Source: Clostridia bacterium
GTDB lineage: Bacteria > Bacillota > Clostridia > Oscillospirales > CAG-272
Assembly (NCBI GenBank): GCA_017539425.1
Contig: JAFYHA010000020.1
Coordinates: forward strand, 1 to 52,197
Direction: 5' to 3'
Length of the DNA stretch: 52,197 nt
Made by a program: the position numbers and the translations under genes. Under the pieces are notes generated by a model. That model was not told where the DNA came from. It was given only the letters and a program-made list of their open reading frames with translations, and did not search any database. Within the stretch, counting starts at the first letter, position 1. The number at the start of each line of letters is the position of its first letter. This document shows positions 28,330 to 36,676 of this stretch, one piece after another.

Positions 28330-29664
28330 TTAGTTTTCGATGATGATCTTCGTCGGATCGACGAAGATGACCTTCCCGTCGATGGTTGCGTGCTGCGGTA
28401 TGGACAGCCCGGTTCCCGGATCGGCGATCCGCTGGCCTTTGGTCACGTGGTCTCCCACACTGACACAAGGCACACTCGGTGCGCCGATATGAGGATTCAT
28501 ACGGATTTCCACATGGTTTGTGGGCTGCAGTTCCGGCACATAGGTCGGGGTCTTGTCGTATTTGCGGATGCCAAGGCTTTCCATCCACTTGACGGAGTGA
28601 ACCCGCGTCAGGGGACGGTCTTCGGCAATGGTATAGGTTTTGCCCTCCGGAGCGGAGAAGCGGATATGGTCTTTGGCTAGAATGGCTTTGTGCTTGGCAA
28701 TCACGGCTCTTGGCGAAATGTACTGGCAGCAGGCCAGGATCTCGCAGACGCCGCAGGAGGAGCACAGGGAAGCGGTCTTGATCAGTTCGGGCTGATCCTC
28801 TCCCAGTGCGCTGGCCGCCACACGCACATGTTTGTGCGGTTCCAGCGGGTAACCCAGATTGAATCTCGGGCACAGGTCCGTGCAGCGGGTGCACTGGCAG
28901 CACACCGAGGAAGCAATGGCCAGATGGGCTTCCGGTTTGCGCTGCTTGACCATTACGGCGGGAGTGTTCTCGGGAATGATGATCAGCGACTTGGTCGTTT
29001 TGGTCACGATGTGGGTGTTCGGATTGACGATACGGCCCATGGAAGGCCCGCCGTCCAGTACGGCGTCGCCTTCAGGTACGCGGATACCCAGGTGGCTGAA
29101 CAGGTCGGACACGCGCATACCGATTGGAGCCTTGACAACGACAGGATTATCGATATCGCCGTTGATGGTCAGGTTTTTTTCGGTCAGAACGGTTCCGCAG
29201 ACCACGGCGTTGCGGATGTTGAAGATCGTCTCCAGATTGAAGACGATCACACCCTGCGTGATCGGCAGCTGTCCGGGCTGGACCAGCCGGCCGGTCGTTT
29301 CATAGATGAGAGCGATCTCATCACCCATCGGGTAAACGTTCGGAAGTTGCTTGACCGTGATGTCCGGTGCCAGTTCCTGACCTTCGGACAGCCCGAGTTT
29401 TATGCAATTGTGTTTTTTTATGCCGATCAGGCAACGCTTCATACCTACGGCCCGCATCACGATGGTGGCGCCCTCCACGACAAGCGGAAGATAGGCACTC
29501 ATCAGCGAGTAGTCCGTGTAGAGCATAGGCTCGCATTCCGCACCGTTGATGACCAGCGTATCCGCTCCTTCTGCCAACTTGGCAAAGGAAGGGAAGCCGG
29601 CGCCGCCGGCGCCCACGATGCCTGCGGTCTGCATGACCTGCTTCAATTCTTCAAATGTAGTCAA
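28330..29664 (-). CDS. PduS-like/RnfC-like flavoprotein with SLBB and 4Fe-4S domains
   Basis: GIVGAGGAGFP, INGAECEP, YPMGDE, GGPSMG, CCQCTRCTDLCP, CSSCGVCE, HIGAPS; TTG start after AAGGAG. Confidence 0.9.
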   Translation of the reverse strand: MTTFEELKQVMQTAGIVGAGGAGFPSFAKLAEGADTLVINGAECEPMLYTDYSLMSAYLPLVVEGATIVMRAVGMKRCLIGIKKHNCIKLGLSEGQELAPDITVKQLPNVYPMGDEIALIYETTGRLVQPGQLPITQGVIVFNLETIFNIRNAVVCGTVLTEKNLTINGDIDNPVVVKAPIGMRVSDLFSHLGIRVPEGDAVLDGGPSMGRIVNPNTHIVTKTTKSLIIIPENTPAVMVKQRKPEAHLAIASSVCCQCTRCTDLCPRFNLGYPLEPHKHVRVAASALGEDQPELIKTASLCSSCGVCEILACCQYISPRAVIAKHKAILAKDHIRFSAPEGKTYTIAEDRPLTRVHSVKWMESLGIRKYDKTPTYVPELQPTNHVEIRMNPHIGAPSVPCVSVGDHVTKGQRIADPGTGLSIPQHATIDGKVIFVDPTKIIIEN

Positions 29665-29717
29665 AACAGACTCTCCTTGACCGGACGGGGATCAGACCGG
29701 GTCCGGTAAAAACGCAA

Positions 29718-29990
29718 TTATTCGTTCGTGTAATCGATGATACCGACGATCGCGGCATCTGCGGGGATCTCGTTGCCCTCACGATCCTTGGGCAAAGCCA
29801 CACGGGCTGAACTGCCGGTCGTGATCAGGACGGTTTCACCGATACCTGCGCCCACCGCGTCTATGGCGATCATATATTTGTCCGTTTCCTTACCGTTTTC
29901 AATGATATGGACCTGCATGAACTTGGATCCGAGCAGGCTCTCACACTTGCGGGTGGATACGACATTGCCGATGACTTTTGCAACTAACAT
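29718..29990 (-). CDS. BMC vertex pentamer, EutN/CcmL family (BMC-P)
   Basis: AKVIGNVVSTRK, AIDAVGAGIGE.VL..TGSSAR, DAAIVGIID. Confidence 0.95.
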   Translation of the reverse strand: MLVAKVIGNVVSTRKCESLLGSKFMQVHIIENGKETDKYMIAIDAVGAGIGETVLITTGSSARVALPKDREGNEIPADAAIVGIIDYTNE

Positions 29991-30011
29991 TGGCCTGGCC
30001 CTTTCTATGAA

Positions 30012-30683
30012 CTATTTCGCGACGGTTACGCGGCTTCCGTTGCCGATGCCTGCGGCATTGGCGTCATCCGTATCCACGTGCATTTCCAGACGAAATTTGT
30101 CGCTGACGCGGATCTGGACGTCATACCAGAGCGTGTGCTTGGTGCCGACGACATCGACGTTGATGTAGTCTCCGTCCTTTACGCCGAAACGGGCGGCGTC
30201 CTCGGGAGACATATGGATATGACGGTTGGCAATGATGCAGCCCTCGTCGAGCTGGACAATGCCTTTCGGACCGACGATAGTGATCGGGGCGGATCCGGAG
30301 AGTTTGCCGGATTCACGCACCGGAGGTTTGACTTTCAGGACATAGGAATCCGTCACCGAGATCTCGACCTGGGACTGCTTACGCAGCGGGCCGAGTACGC
30401 GGACCCCTTCAATGGGCCGCATGGAGGGACCGATCAGGGTCAGGGTTTCCTTGCAGGCGAACTGACCGGGTTGGGACAGGTCCTTGATCGGGGTGAGGGA
30501 ATAGCCTTTTCCGAACAGAATATCGACATGCTCCTGAGTGAGGTGAATATGCCGGTTGGATACGCCGATCGGAATGGACATGTCAGCGGTTGCAGCCGCA
30601 CCTGCGGAAGAACCGGACGGAGCCATTTCGGCAAGCGCGCGTTTGACCATTTCGGCTATCTGTTCACTGGTATAGGATGCCAT
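30012..30683 (-). CDS. pduL: Phosphate acyltransferase PduL with N-terminal encapsulation peptide
   Basis: GVSNRHIHL, LSQPGQFA, RVLGP.R, RHIHMS, MHVDTDDANA; N-terminal SEQIAEMVKRALAEM; start ATG 30683. Confidence 0.93.
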   Translation of the reverse strand: MASYTSEQIAEMVKRALAEMAPSGSSAGAAATADMSIPIGVSNRHIHLTQEHVDILFGKGYSLTPIKDLSQPGQFACKETLTLIGPSMRPIEGVRVLGPLRKQSQVEISVTDSYVLKVKPPVRESGKLSGSAPITIVGPKGIVQLDEGCIIANRHIHMSPEDAARFGVKDGDYINVDVVGTKHTLWYDVQIRVSDKFRLEMHVDTDDANAAGIGNGSRVTVAK

Positions 30684-30915
30684 GATGAAAGTTCCTTTCT
30701 TGTCCGCAGGGAATTGCGGAACCGAATCTATAGAATCGCCTTGCGGCGGTGCATTCAAAGTAAGGCAGCGTACGGAATGCTGCAGGACAGAGTTGAATCG
30801 TCCGGGAAGTTTTTTAAGCCCGACCGATGAGATGGCCCGGGACCATCCCATCGGTGGTGATACTCAGGGAGTATCGGGTTGTTGAGCGCTCAAATATCAG
30901 TTACGGAAAATCCGA

Positions 30916-31188
30916 TTAACCAATCTTCGGCAGAATCTTCTCAACATCAGAGTGCGGTCTCGGAATGACATGTGTCGCAATGACTTCGCCAAGGCGGGCA
31001 GCAGCAGCGCCACCAGCTTCGACAGCGGCCTTCACAGCACCGACATCACCGCGGACCATAACGCTGACCAATCCGGAACCGATCTTCTCGGAACCGATCA
31101 GGACAACGTTCGCAGCCTTTACCATAGCATCGGCAGCTTCGATCGCAGCAACAAGACCTCTGGTTTCAACCATACCAAGTGCTTCCAT
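30916..31188 (-). CDS. BMC hexamer shell protein, PduA/EutM type
   Basis: [42 protein letters not shown]. Confidence 0.96.
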   Translation of the reverse strand: MEALGMVETRGLVAAIEAADAMVKAANVVLIGSEKIGSGLVSVMVRGDVGAVKAAVEAGGAAAARLGEVIATHVIPRPHSDVEKILPKIG

Positions 31189-31290
31189 TTGAGTATTCCT
31201 CCTGTTTAGAATGACTAGAGTAATGTTTTCCGCCTGTGGCGGAAGGGTTTGCCGCCCGGCAGTTGTGGAAGGGCGGCTCTATCATGATCC

Positions 31291-31578
31291 TCAGGCCTTT
31301 TTGACCGGCTTGAGGAATTTCATGACTTCGGGGTGGGGACGGGCAATGACTTCGCCCAGTTTGACCTTACCCACTTTGGCCGCTTCCGCCTTGCCGGCAT
31401 CCAGGGATGCCTGGCAAGCGGAAACAGTTCCTTCAACAACAACCGTGACCAGTCGTCCGCCCAAACGCTTTTCACAGCGAATGAACGTTACGTCCGCGGC
31501 TTTGCACATGGCGTCCAATGCAGCGATTGCGGCGACCATAGCCTGGACTTCCAGTAACGCGATTGCTTTTTCTTCCAT
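31291..31578 (-). CDS. BMC hexamer shell protein (divergent)
   Basis: AIALLEV..MVAAIAALDAMCKAADV, KRLGGRLVT, VIARPH. Confidence 0.9.
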   Translation of the reverse strand: MEEKAIALLEVQAMVAAIAALDAMCKAADVTFIRCEKRLGGRLVTVVVEGTVSACQASLDAGKAEAAKVGKVKLGEVIARPHPEVMKFLKPVKKA

Positions 31579-31605
31579 GTTGAATGTCTTCCTTTATTGT
31601 GTCAA

Positions 31606-31881
31606 TTATTTGATCACGGGCAGGATCTTTTCAACATCGTCGTGCGGTCTCGGGATGACATGCGTAGCAATGACTTCTCCGAGGCGGGCAGCAGCGGCAC
31701 CACCGGCTTCAACGGCGGACTTGACAGCACCGACGTCGCCGCGGACCATTACGCTGACCAGACCGGAACCGATCTTCTCAGAGCCGATCAATCTGACGTT
31801 TGCAGCCTTTACCATAGCATCGGCAGCTTCGATCGCTGCGACAAGGCCTCTGGTTTCAACCATTCCAAGAGCTTCTAACAT
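31606..31881 (-). CDS. BMC hexamer shell protein, PduA/EutM type (close paralog of 30916-31188)
   Basis: Same motifs as the 30916 copy; only a few residues differ. Confidence 0.96.
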   Translation of the reverse strand: MLEALGMVETRGLVAAIEAADAMVKAANVRLIGSEKIGSGLVSVMVRGDVGAVKSAVEAGGAAAARLGEVIATHVIPRPHDDVEKILPVIK

Positions 31882-31944
31882 AGTTTTGTTCTCCTTTTAA
31901 AAATAGGCATTGTTTTTTGTTTTTCTTGTATTGGATAAGTCCGG

Positions 31945-32262
31945 TCAGATGGTGCTGTTCCGACCCAAGGCGTTGAGCCGGGCAAACCATTCAATCTCTT
32001 CGGATTGACGCGGAATTATTTTGTGGGTGATGTACATCCCTCTCTTTTTGGCTTCGTCTACGCCCGCCATCGTGGCGGCTTCCACGGAGGCCACGTCGCC
32101 TTCAATCTTGACGACCATCACAAGCGGAACCTCACACTTTTCGGCGTTGGCCGGCTTGTTCTTATCGATGGCCACGATCTCAACGGGAGCGGTCTTCGCG
32201 GCTTTGTCGGCGACCACTATGGAAGTTACGAACCCGAAGCATTCAATCATGCCGAGTGCCAT
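31945..32262 (-). CDS. BMC hexamer shell protein (divergent, with pore-loop insertion)
   Basis: ALGMIECFG....ADKAAKTA.V, EGDVASV, IIPR; extra DKNKPANAEKCEVP loop. Confidence 0.85.
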   Translation of the reverse strand: MALGMIECFGFVTSIVVADKAAKTAPVEIVAIDKNKPANAEKCEVPLVMVVKIEGDVASVEAATMAGVDEAKKRGMYITHKIIPRQSEEIEWFARLNALGRNSTI

Positions 32263-32278
32263 GGGTCAGCACCTCGAT

Positions 32279-33484
32279 TCAGCCGGGGATGTAGCAGACT
32301 TTGATGCCCTGCTGCGCCACGTTGACTTCGCAGGCTTCGTTCATCTTGTCGAGCGGGAAGGTGTGGGTGATCAGATCTTCGATCGGAATGTTCATTTCCT
32401 TGCACTGACGCAGGAAAGCCATCGTTACGGGGTAATCCTCTGCGGAGTAAGCCCAGGAACCGATCAGGTTGATCTCCTTGTTGCACATGGCAAAGTGCGG
32501 GTTGACCTGGTAGTCGCCGTTGTTCACGAAGAAGCCCATCTCGCACATGCCGCCGCCGCGACGGATGAAATCATAGATGTCGGCAGCTGCTGCAGGAGCA
32601 CCGGTGCACTGGTAAGCAAAATCCGCGCCTGCACCGTCCGTCAGACCCTGGACAATGGCTACGCGCTCTTTCTTGTCCGTGATCTCGCGGAAGTTGATCG
32701 TGGTCTTGGCACCCAGCTTCTTGGCCATTTCCAAACGCTTGGGCGAGCCGTCGATCGCGATGACGTGGTTGATGCCTGCCGCGCGAAGCACGGAGCACAT
32801 CATCAGGCCTACCGGGCCGCAGCCCTGAAGGACGACCTTACTGTTGAAATTCAGCAAGCCGGTCTTCTGTCCGCGGAGCAGAGCATGCACGCACACGCAG
32901 GCCACTTCCAGGAGCATTCTCTGGTTCAGATTCAGGTCGTTGACCACGAAATACGTGGAACCCGGATCCCGGATGAGAATGTATTCGGCGAACCATCCGC
33001 GGAACGGATTGCTCGGATCGATCGGGACAAGCCCGTAAATGCCCTGATTCCAGCACAGGTTTTTCTGGCCGGGGTGGTTGCGGCAGATAAAGCAGTTGTC
33101 GCAGCTGATGACCGAAGTGACCAACTTGTCTCCGACCTTGATCGGATGACCTGCCGTATCTTCCTTGATGTTCTTGCCGAGGTAGACAATCTCACCGGTG
33201 CCTTCATGTCCGAGGACAAGCGGGCACAGACCGAAGGGGTCGCCTTTCCATTCATGGACATCGGTACCGCAGACGCCGCAGCCTTCGACTTTGACGAGGA
33301 TGTCATTGTCGGTCAGCTCAGGCATCGGGAACTCTTTGACCACGAACTTTTTCGGTTCTGCCAGGACCGCGGCCTTTGCGGATTTCGGAATCGCGCAGCA
33401 GGCAGTGGATCCTGTTGAGGAGGTGGACAGTTCGCTCAGGATCTTGCGAACGACCTCTTCAACTTGAGAAGCTGAAACGTCCAT
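32279..33484 (-). CDS. Zn-dependent (MDR family) alcohol dehydrogenase with N-terminal encapsulation peptide
   Basis: GVCGTDVH, LGHEGTG, CDNCFIC......NLC, GCGPVG; N-terminal SQVEEVVRKILSEL. Confidence 0.92.
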   Translation of the reverse strand: MDVSASQVEEVVRKILSELSTSSTGSTACCAIPKSAKAAVLAEPKKFVVKEFPMPELTDNDILVKVEGCGVCGTDVHEWKGDPFGLCPLVLGHEGTGEIVYLGKNIKEDTAGHPIKVGDKLVTSVISCDNCFICRNHPGQKNLCWNQGIYGLVPIDPSNPFRGWFAEYILIRDPGSTYFVVNDLNLNQRMLLEVACVCVHALLRGQKTGLLNFNSKVVLQGCGPVGLMMCSVLRAAGINHVIAIDGSPKRLEMAKKLGAKTTINFREITDKKERVAIVQGLTDGAGADFAYQCTGAPAAAADIYDFIRRGGGMCEMGFFVNNGDYQVNPHFAMCNKEINLIGSWAYSAEDYPVTMAFLRQCKEMNIPIEDLITHTFPLDKMNEACEVNVAQQGIKVCYIPG

Positions 33485-33508
33485 AGTGTATATTCCTTTC
33501 TTGTTTTA

Positions 33509-34963
33509 TCAAACGATGCGGAAGTTGTCCACCATCACGCAGCGGCGGGAGCGGGTGAAGCTCTTGCCGGAGGTCAGGCCCTCACCGGTCGGCCCGGCGA
33601 TGGTAAAGGTGGTATGACCTTCGCCTCCGAAGCCGATGCCGGCATAGGAAGGCGCGTTCTTGACAAAGATGGTGGTTTCCACCGCACGCGCGAACCGGGT
33701 CAGGTTGTCGATGTTCTTGGAATGCATATGCGCGGTGTGGCGGTTGCCGTGCTCAGCCTTGACAGCCAGGTCAATGGCTTCGTCGATGTTCTGCACACGG
33801 ACGATGCCCAGGATCGGCATCATCAACTCGGTCTGCACGAACGGGTGCTCAAACGGAACCTCCGCGATAGCGCAGCGGATCTCGTCACCCACATGGATGC
33901 CGATCTTCTCGAGCAGGACCTTCGCGTCGCGGCCTACGCAGTCGCGGCTGACAGCACATTTGACCTTGCCGTCCTTGTCGGTGGTCTTGTTGATGACCAC
34001 ATCCGCAAGACGGTCGGCCTGTTCACGGGTCAGCAGGTAGCAGCCGTTCTGGAGCATGTATTTGATCAGGTCGTCCGCGATGTTGGCAAACGCGAACACT
34101 TCCTTCTCGGCGATGCAGGGCAGGTTGTTGTCGAAGGTGCATCCGTCGATGATATCCTTGGCCGCTTTCTTGATGTCGGCGGTATCGTCCACGATGACGG
34201 GCGGGTTGCCGGCGCCGGCGCCGATGGCCTTCTTGCCGGAACTCAGCACGGATTTGACAACGCCCGGGCCGCCGGTGCAGACCAGCAGACGGATCAGCGG
34301 GCTCTTGTACATGATCTGGGCCGTGTCCAGGGTGGGCTTGACGACGGAGGCGACCAGGATGGGCGGTCCGCCTGCAGCCGCGCTGGCGCGGTTGACCAGG
34401 TCGACGGCATAGTTGGATGTGGCGATGGCGTTGGGATGCGGATTGAAGACCACACCGTTGCCGGCCACGATCATGCCGATGCTGTTGCAGATGACGGTTT
34501 CAGACGGGTTTGTAGAGGGAGCGATCGCGCCGACCACGCCGAACGGGGCCATTTCCGTAAGCGTGAGACCGTGATCGCCGGTCTTGACCGTCGGAGTGAT
34601 GTCCTCGGTCCCCGGCGTCTTGTCCGCGATCAGGTTGTGCTTGGCGATCTTGTGATCCACGCGGCCCATCTTGGTTTCGGCGACACCCAGAGCCGCCATG
34701 GTCGGCGCCTCCAGTCTTGTCAGGCGACGGATCTCAGTAATGATTTTCTCCCGATTGGCCAGGGACATCGAACGCACGGCCTTGTAGCCTTCGTTGGCGG
34801 CCGCGATGGCGTCGTTCATATCCTCGAAGATACCGATCAGCTTGCGCCCGTTGTACTGGGTTGCATCCCAGTTGGCCGCGGGCTGAGCGGGAGTGTTCTT
34901 CATCTGGGCCAAAACATTTTGTACGATCTCATTGATCTGAGCGTCTGTCCAGTTAATAGCCAT
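33509..34963 (-). CDS. Acylating aldehyde dehydrogenase (EutE/PduP family) with N-terminal encapsulation peptide
   Basis: PSTNPSET, TGGPGVV, GAGAGNPP, FDNNLPCIAEKE, ELMMP, GPTGEG; N-terminal DAQINEIVQNVLAQM. Confidence 0.95.
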   Translation of the reverse strand: MAINWTDAQINEIVQNVLAQMKNTPAQPAANWDATQYNGRKLIGIFEDMNDAIAAANEGYKAVRSMSLANREKIITEIRRLTRLEAPTMAALGVAETKMGRVDHKIAKHNLIADKTPGTEDITPTVKTGDHGLTLTEMAPFGVVGAIAPSTNPSETVICNSIGMIVAGNGVVFNPHPNAIATSNYAVDLVNRASAAAGGPPILVASVVKPTLDTAQIMYKSPLIRLLVCTGGPGVVKSVLSSGKKAIGAGAGNPPVIVDDTADIKKAAKDIIDGCTFDNNLPCIAEKEVFAFANIADDLIKYMLQNGCYLLTREQADRLADVVINKTTDKDGKVKCAVSRDCVGRDAKVLLEKIGIHVGDEIRCAIAEVPFEHPFVQTELMMPILGIVRVQNIDEAIDLAVKAEHGNRHTAHMHSKNIDNLTRFARAVETTIFVKNAPSYAGIGFGGEGHTTFTIAGPTGEGLTSGKSFTRSRRCVMVDNFRIV

Positions 34964-35007
34964 TTGAATTCTCCTGAAAGTAATTTGTCGGATTCCGGAT
35001 GGAATCG

Positions 35008-35745
35008 TTAGTTTTCGTAAAGTTGAGCCAGAACCTTTGCGGTCACTTCATCTACCGTTTTCTGGTTCTCGGGACTGAGTTTCACTTCGGCGGGCGTTGA
35101 GGCCTTCGGGGAAGTGCAGCAACAGCCGGATTTGGTGGCCGGTGCAGCGGCGGCTCCGGAACGAAGGGCATCCAAGGCGGCCCCTACCGCATTCATACGG
35201 CAGTAGTACTCGCAGGCGTCGATGTTGTCGAACGCATTGTCCAGCGTGTCGGCTACGGCGAAAGCACTGTTGCCGCCGAACAGGAATGCGCAGTGATCTT
35301 TGAGAACGCTGCGGAAGGTGTCGTCGGCTGTGTTGGAAGTCTTGTCATAGGAACCGGCTGGGATCACGCCCAGATAAACCCGGTTCTCCGGAAGAACACA
35401 GTTGTCCACGGCTACGCCCTTGATGGCATATGCGGTCGCCACATTGGGCTGTGCATGGATGATGGCGCGGATGTCCGGGCGCAGGCTGTACATCAGGATG
35501 TGCAGCTTGGCTTCGGAGGTCGGTTCGTAAATGCCCGATCCGATCTTTTTGCCGTTGGCATCCACTTTCACGATCATGTCGCGGGTCAGGCGGTATTTGC
35601 AGACGCCGCGGGGCGTGACCAGATACTCGTTGTCGCTCAGCTTGTAGGAAATGTTTCCGTGCTTGGCGGCAACCAGCTGTTTCGCGTAAAGCCGGTGGGC
35701 GGCCTCGACCATTTGATCTCGGATTTGATATTCGGATACGATCAT
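35008..35745 (-). CDS. Class II aldolase/adducin paralog lacking two Zn ligands (probable pseudoenzyme) with C-terminal encapsulation peptide
   Basis: GNIS, TP.GV.K and PTSE are kept, but HAH becomes HAQ and NHG becomes GNS; C-terminal TVDEVTAKVLAQL. Confidence 0.8.
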   Translation of the reverse strand: MIVSEYQIRDQMVEAAHRLYAKQLVAAKHGNISYKLSDNEYLVTPRGVCKYRLTRDMIVKVDANGKKIGSGIYEPTSEAKLHILMYSLRPDIRAIIHAQPNVATAYAIKGVAVDNCVLPENRVYLGVIPAGSYDKTSNTADDTFRSVLKDHCAFLFGGNSAFAVADTLDNAFDNIDACEYYCRMNAVGAALDALRSGAAAAPATKSGCCCTSPKASTPAEVKLSPENQKTVDEVTAKVLAQLYEN

Positions 35746-35791
35746 CTGTCGGTTGCATGTCCGCTAAGGGAAATGCAAGCCCCCTTTCTAA

Positions 35792-36655
35792 TTATTTGTA
35801 AAGCTCGGCCATGACTTTTGCCGTTACCGCATCGATGAACGCGGCGTTAGATTCTGTCTTGGCTGAAATTGGATGTTCAATGGAAACGTCCTTGAAATCC
35901 GAAGCGCCCGGCTCTTCCATCTTCTTGTTGGCCAGAGGCTCGATGTTCTGTTTGCAGCGGCAATTCTCCGTGCCCAGATTCTTGCATTTGGAGCAGCCGG
36001 GATGACGGCCTGGAACATTGAACTTCTTGCGGAGTTCCATCAGCTTCTCCAACTCTTCGCAGGACAGTTCTTTTTCCCCGCCGAGCTGACGGGCCATCAG
36101 GGTGATCTTGGCATAGAACTCCAGCGTTTCCATGTTGAAATACGCTTTCATCAGCGTGTTGCCGACGGTCAGCGCGCCGTGGTTGGCCAGAAGGAACGCG
36201 TCGTGGTCCTGAATGTAGGGCATCAGGGAGTTCGGGATCTCGTCCGTGGACGGCGTTCCGTACGCGCAGGTCGGAACGGATCCCAGGAACAGGGAAGCTT
36301 CGGCCATCGTGTATTTGTCCAGCGGCACGTGGGCCACGGCGAACGCGGTGGCCGTAGGCGGATGGGCGTGCACAACGGCGCGTACGTCTTCGCGCTCGGC
36401 ATAGACTTTCAGATGCACCTTGAATTCGGAGGAGGGATTGTACGGGCTGGATTCCAGCTTATTGCCGTTTGCATCCACGCGGAGGATCATATCCGGGGTC
36501 ATAAACCCTTTGGATACGCCGGTAGGGGTGCAGTAGAATTCGTTCGGGCCGACCTTGACGGAAATGTTGCCGTCATTGGCCGCGACAAAACCGTTCTGGT
36601 ATACGCGGCGGCCGATCTCGCAGATTTCTTTTTTAATTTCAAATGCAGATGGCAT
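35792..36655 (-). CDS. Class II aldolase (L-fuculose-1-phosphate aldolase-like) with C-terminal encapsulation peptide
   Basis: NDGNIS, TPTGVSK, PSSE, VHAHP, LANHGA; C-terminal FIDAVTAKVMAEL. Confidence 0.92.
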   Translation of the reverse strand: MPSAFEIKKEICEIGRRVYQNGFVAANDGNISVKVGPNEFYCTPTGVSKGFMTPDMILRVDANGNKLESSPYNPSSEFKVHLKVYAEREDVRAVVHAHPPTATAFAVAHVPLDKYTMAEASLFLGSVPTCAYGTPSTDEIPNSLMPYIQDHDAFLLANHGALTVGNTLMKAYFNMETLEFYAKITLMARQLGGEKELSCEELEKLMELRKKFNVPGRHPGCSKCKNLGTENCRCKQNIEPLANKKMEEPGASDFKDVSIEHPISAKTESNAAFIDAVTAKVMAELYK

Positions 36656-36676
36656 ATCGTTTGTACCGTCTTTCGT

